Shown here one piece after another: positions 62,220 to 64,000 of a stretch of DNA of 64,000 nucleotides. Source of the stretch: an uncultured Rickettsiales bacterium (GTDB lineage: Bacteria; Pseudomonadota; Alphaproteobacteria; Micavibrionales; GCA-2720935); assembly GCA_950054255.1 (NCBI GenBank), contig CATLOR010000001.1:839589-903588 (forward strand), written 5' to 3'. Under the pieces are notes generated by a model. The model saw nothing but the letters and a program-made list of their open reading frames with translations, was not told the DNA's origin and did no database searches. Positions within the stretch are counted from its first letter, which is position 1, and every line of letters begins with the position of its first letter. The translations under genes were made by a program, and so were the position numbers.

Positions 62220-63755
62220 ATGGCAAAAAAAATATATACTCAAGATACACCAGTAAAGTTATTTACGGATGCTCAAAAGGCCTATGATTATATTAAAGAA
62301 ATTTATGATACAAACACAGATTTCTTAAGAGAGAAATTTATAGAATTTTCAGCAGGGAAAGATTTCAAAGAGCGTGTTCACGTTTATTATCCTTATTTAG
62401 AAATTCGTACAGAAAGTCGCGATTATGAGAAAGATAGTAGACTTTCATATGGGTATGTGTATTCACCAGGTGTTCATAGAACGACGGTTACGCGTCCAGA
62501 GTTATTTAAGCAATATTATTTAAACCAAATTGAACTGCTTTTAAATAGCCATGATGTTCCTGTTGAGGTAGGTGTAAGTAATATGAAGATCCCTGTACAT
62601 TTCTCTCTGGGGGAAACAATTCATATTGAGGGTGAGTTAACACCAGAGCGTTTAAAGCTAATGCCTGACTATTTTGATTTACCTGATTTAAAAGTGATGG
62701 ATGATTCAATTGCAAACGGATCGTATGAACTCAAAGACGGAGAGCCGATGCCTTTGGCGCTTTTTAATGCGCCACGCGTTGATATTGGATTACAGCGCTT
62801 GAAACATTATACCGCGACAAAAGCAGAAAGCTTTCAAGGGTTCGTTCTTTTTACAAACTATCAATTTTATGTTGATGAATTTATTCGTTTAGGTCATGAA
62901 CTCATGAGTTATACGGATGATCCAGAAGAGCAACTTTATCGTCGTGAATTTACAGAGTTTGTCGAGCCTGGTGAATGGATTACACCAAACCAAAATGCAA
63001 TAGATGATGAGGGTAATCTTATCCAAAAAGAGGCCGAACCCCATGGAAAGAAGCCTCCACGGATGCCTCAGATGCCAGCATATCATTTAAAACGTGCAGA
63101 TGGATTAGGTATTACGCTTGTTAATATAGGTGTTGGACCTTCAAATGCGAAAACAATTACAGACCATATTGCTGTTTTGCGGCCGCATGCTTGGTTAATG
63201 TTAGGGCATTGCGGGGGGTTAAGAAACTCTCAAAAAATGGGAGATTATGTGCTTGCTCACGCTTATATGCGCCTTGATCACGTCCTAGACCAAGATTTAC
63301 CACCAGCCACACCATTACCAGCCTTGGCCGAAGTTCAAATTGCTTTGGAACAAGCTGTAGGGCGCGTCACAGGACTGCGTGGGTATGAGTTAAAGAAAAT
63401 CATGCGTACAGGAACTGTTGCAACTATTGATGACCGTAACTGGGAATTGCAAGAATATTCTATTCCGATGAAAGTATTGGGGCAATCAAGAGCGATTGCT
63501 ATGGATATGGAATCAGCAACAATTGCCGCGAATGGATTCCGTTTTAGAGTGCCTTACGGAACATTGTTATGCGTATCGGATAAACCACTTCATGGACAAT
63601 TAAAGCTACCTGGCATGGCTGATAGTTTCTACCGCGAACGTGTCGATCAACATCTTCAAATTGGGATGATGGCTTTAGAGCTTATGCGTGATAACGGCCT
63701 AGATCGTCTTCACAGTCGTAAATTGCGCGCTGTGGGAGAGGTCGCTTTCCGTTAA
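62220..63755 (+). CDS. amn: AMP nucleosidase
   Basis: 511 aa. N-terminal AMN domain plus a PNP_UDP_1-type catalytic domain (ITLVNIGVGPSNAKTITDHIAVLRPHAWLMLGHCGGLR). Confidence 0.85.
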   Translation: MAKKIYTQDTPVKLFTDAQKAYDYIKEIYDTNTDFLREKFIEFSAGKDFKERVHVYYPYLEIRTESRDYEKDSRLSYGYVYSPGVHRTTVTRPELFKQYYLNQIELLLNSHDVPVEVGVSNMKIPVHFSLGETIHIEGELTPERLKLMPDYFDLPDLKVMDDSIANGSYELKDGEPMPLALFNAPRVDIGLQRLKHYTATKAESFQGFVLFTNYQFYVDEFIRLGHELMSYTDDPEEQLYRREFTEFVEPGEWITPNQNAIDDEGNLIQKEAEPHGKKPPRMPQMPAYHLKRADGLGITLVNIGVGPSNAKTITDHIAVLRPHAWLMLGHCGGLRNSQKMGDYVLAHAYMRLDHVLDQDLPPATPLPALAEVQIALEQAVGRVTGLRGYELKKIMRTGTVATIDDRNWELQEYSIPMKVLGQSRAIAMDMESATIAANGFRFRVPYGTLLCVSDKPLHGQLKLPGMADSFYRERVDQHLQIGMMALELMRDNGLDRLHSRKLRAVGEVAFR

Positions 63756-63782
63756 TTATCTGTGTATTTTTAATAAAAAAAG

Positions 63783-63817
63783 AGAGCCATGGCGATCCTG
63801 TGCCTTGGCTCTTTTTT
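63783..63817. terminator. Rho-independent terminator after amn (A-tract upstream, T-tract downstream)
   Basis: AGAGCCA-t-GGC / GCC-t-TGGCTCT stem with an 8-nt loop, followed by T6 and preceded by A7. Confidence 0.75.
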
Positions 63818-63854
63818 AATATTCTGTTCTGAGAATGTCGATGTTTCGTGCTAG

Positions 63855-64000
63855 TCAGGCAAAAATGTCTACAAAAGACCCTCTGGGAGTGTCTCTATCA
63901 AGAGATTCAAATGAAACATCTTCTGATCGACCTTCGGAGGAAGCAAGGACAGCACCGTCCTGGTCCTGTTCCAATACGAAGGATGTTTTATTAATTTCAT
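63855..64000 (-). CDS. Possible 3' end of a convergent gene running in from beyond the window end
   Basis: The minus-strand frame from 63998 reads EINKTSFVLEQDQDGAVLASSEGRSEDVSFESLDRDTPRGSFVDIFA*, with the stop at 63855-63857 just before the bidirectional terminator. Two other frames are also open here, so the call is weak. Confidence 0.3.
   Translation of the reverse strand, partial: EINKTSFVLEQDQDGAVLASSEGRSEDVSFESLDRDTPRGSFVDIFA

Noticed and set aside
63921-63995. Possible 4.5S/SRP RNA, because of a GGAAGCA string next to a UUCG/UCGG-capped hairpin
   Set aside because: The conserved 5'-side SRP motif (GGUCAGGUCC-like) and the expected symmetric-loop pairing are not present, and the fragment is truncated by the window end. 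Retained only as a low-interest note.

Overview
This is a 64-kb chromosomal segment from a low-GC alphaproteobacterium (about 38-40% GC by eye). The cobS/J-domain/bolA block, RHH_4, DUF2889 and DUF3126 genes, hisC-tyrC, and a non-bacterial-type valS like that of Rickettsiales all point to this class. The exact taxon cannot be determined from the window. All domain calls were made by eye from translated ORFs and remembered family signatures; no HMM or BLAST was run.

I count about 60 protein genes and one tRNA-Arg(ACG). I saw no rRNA, CRISPR array, IS element, transposase or phage integrase.

The backbone is housekeeping: accA, xerD, aroK-aroB, secA, mutT, hisC, tyrC, plsC, valS, argS, ffh-rpsP-rimM-trmD-rplS, mtaB, ftsY and amn.

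Accessory or unusual blocks:
1. 18.2-33.1 kb: a complete type I secretion locus. It has an LssB/LapB-like ABC exporter, an HlyD adaptor and TolC, plus a 2212-aa repeat adhesin carrying a LapG-type TAAG motif and a 599-bp perfect internal duplication. A divergent RHH_4-PAS protein lies upstream. Downstream is a transmembrane PAS/HD-GYP protein whose His-Asp dyad reads Ser-Gln.
2. 37.8-44.1 kb: a chaperone-usher-like pilus cluster built on two DUF4402-like subunits. Its usher-like protein ends in a SPOR-like domain, and an AMIN-like lipoprotein is translationally coupled to the chaperone.
3. 34.2-37.7 kb: two GshB-type ATP-grasp paralogues flank a C26 gamma-glutamyl hydrolase-like gene, followed by a stand-alone HD (p)ppGpp-hydrolase-like gene.
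4. Two orphan genes with their own near-consensus promoter are inserted between rimM and trmD.
5. Two paralogous small membrane-protein genes bracket valS.
6. A ClpP-family protease carries a signal peptide.
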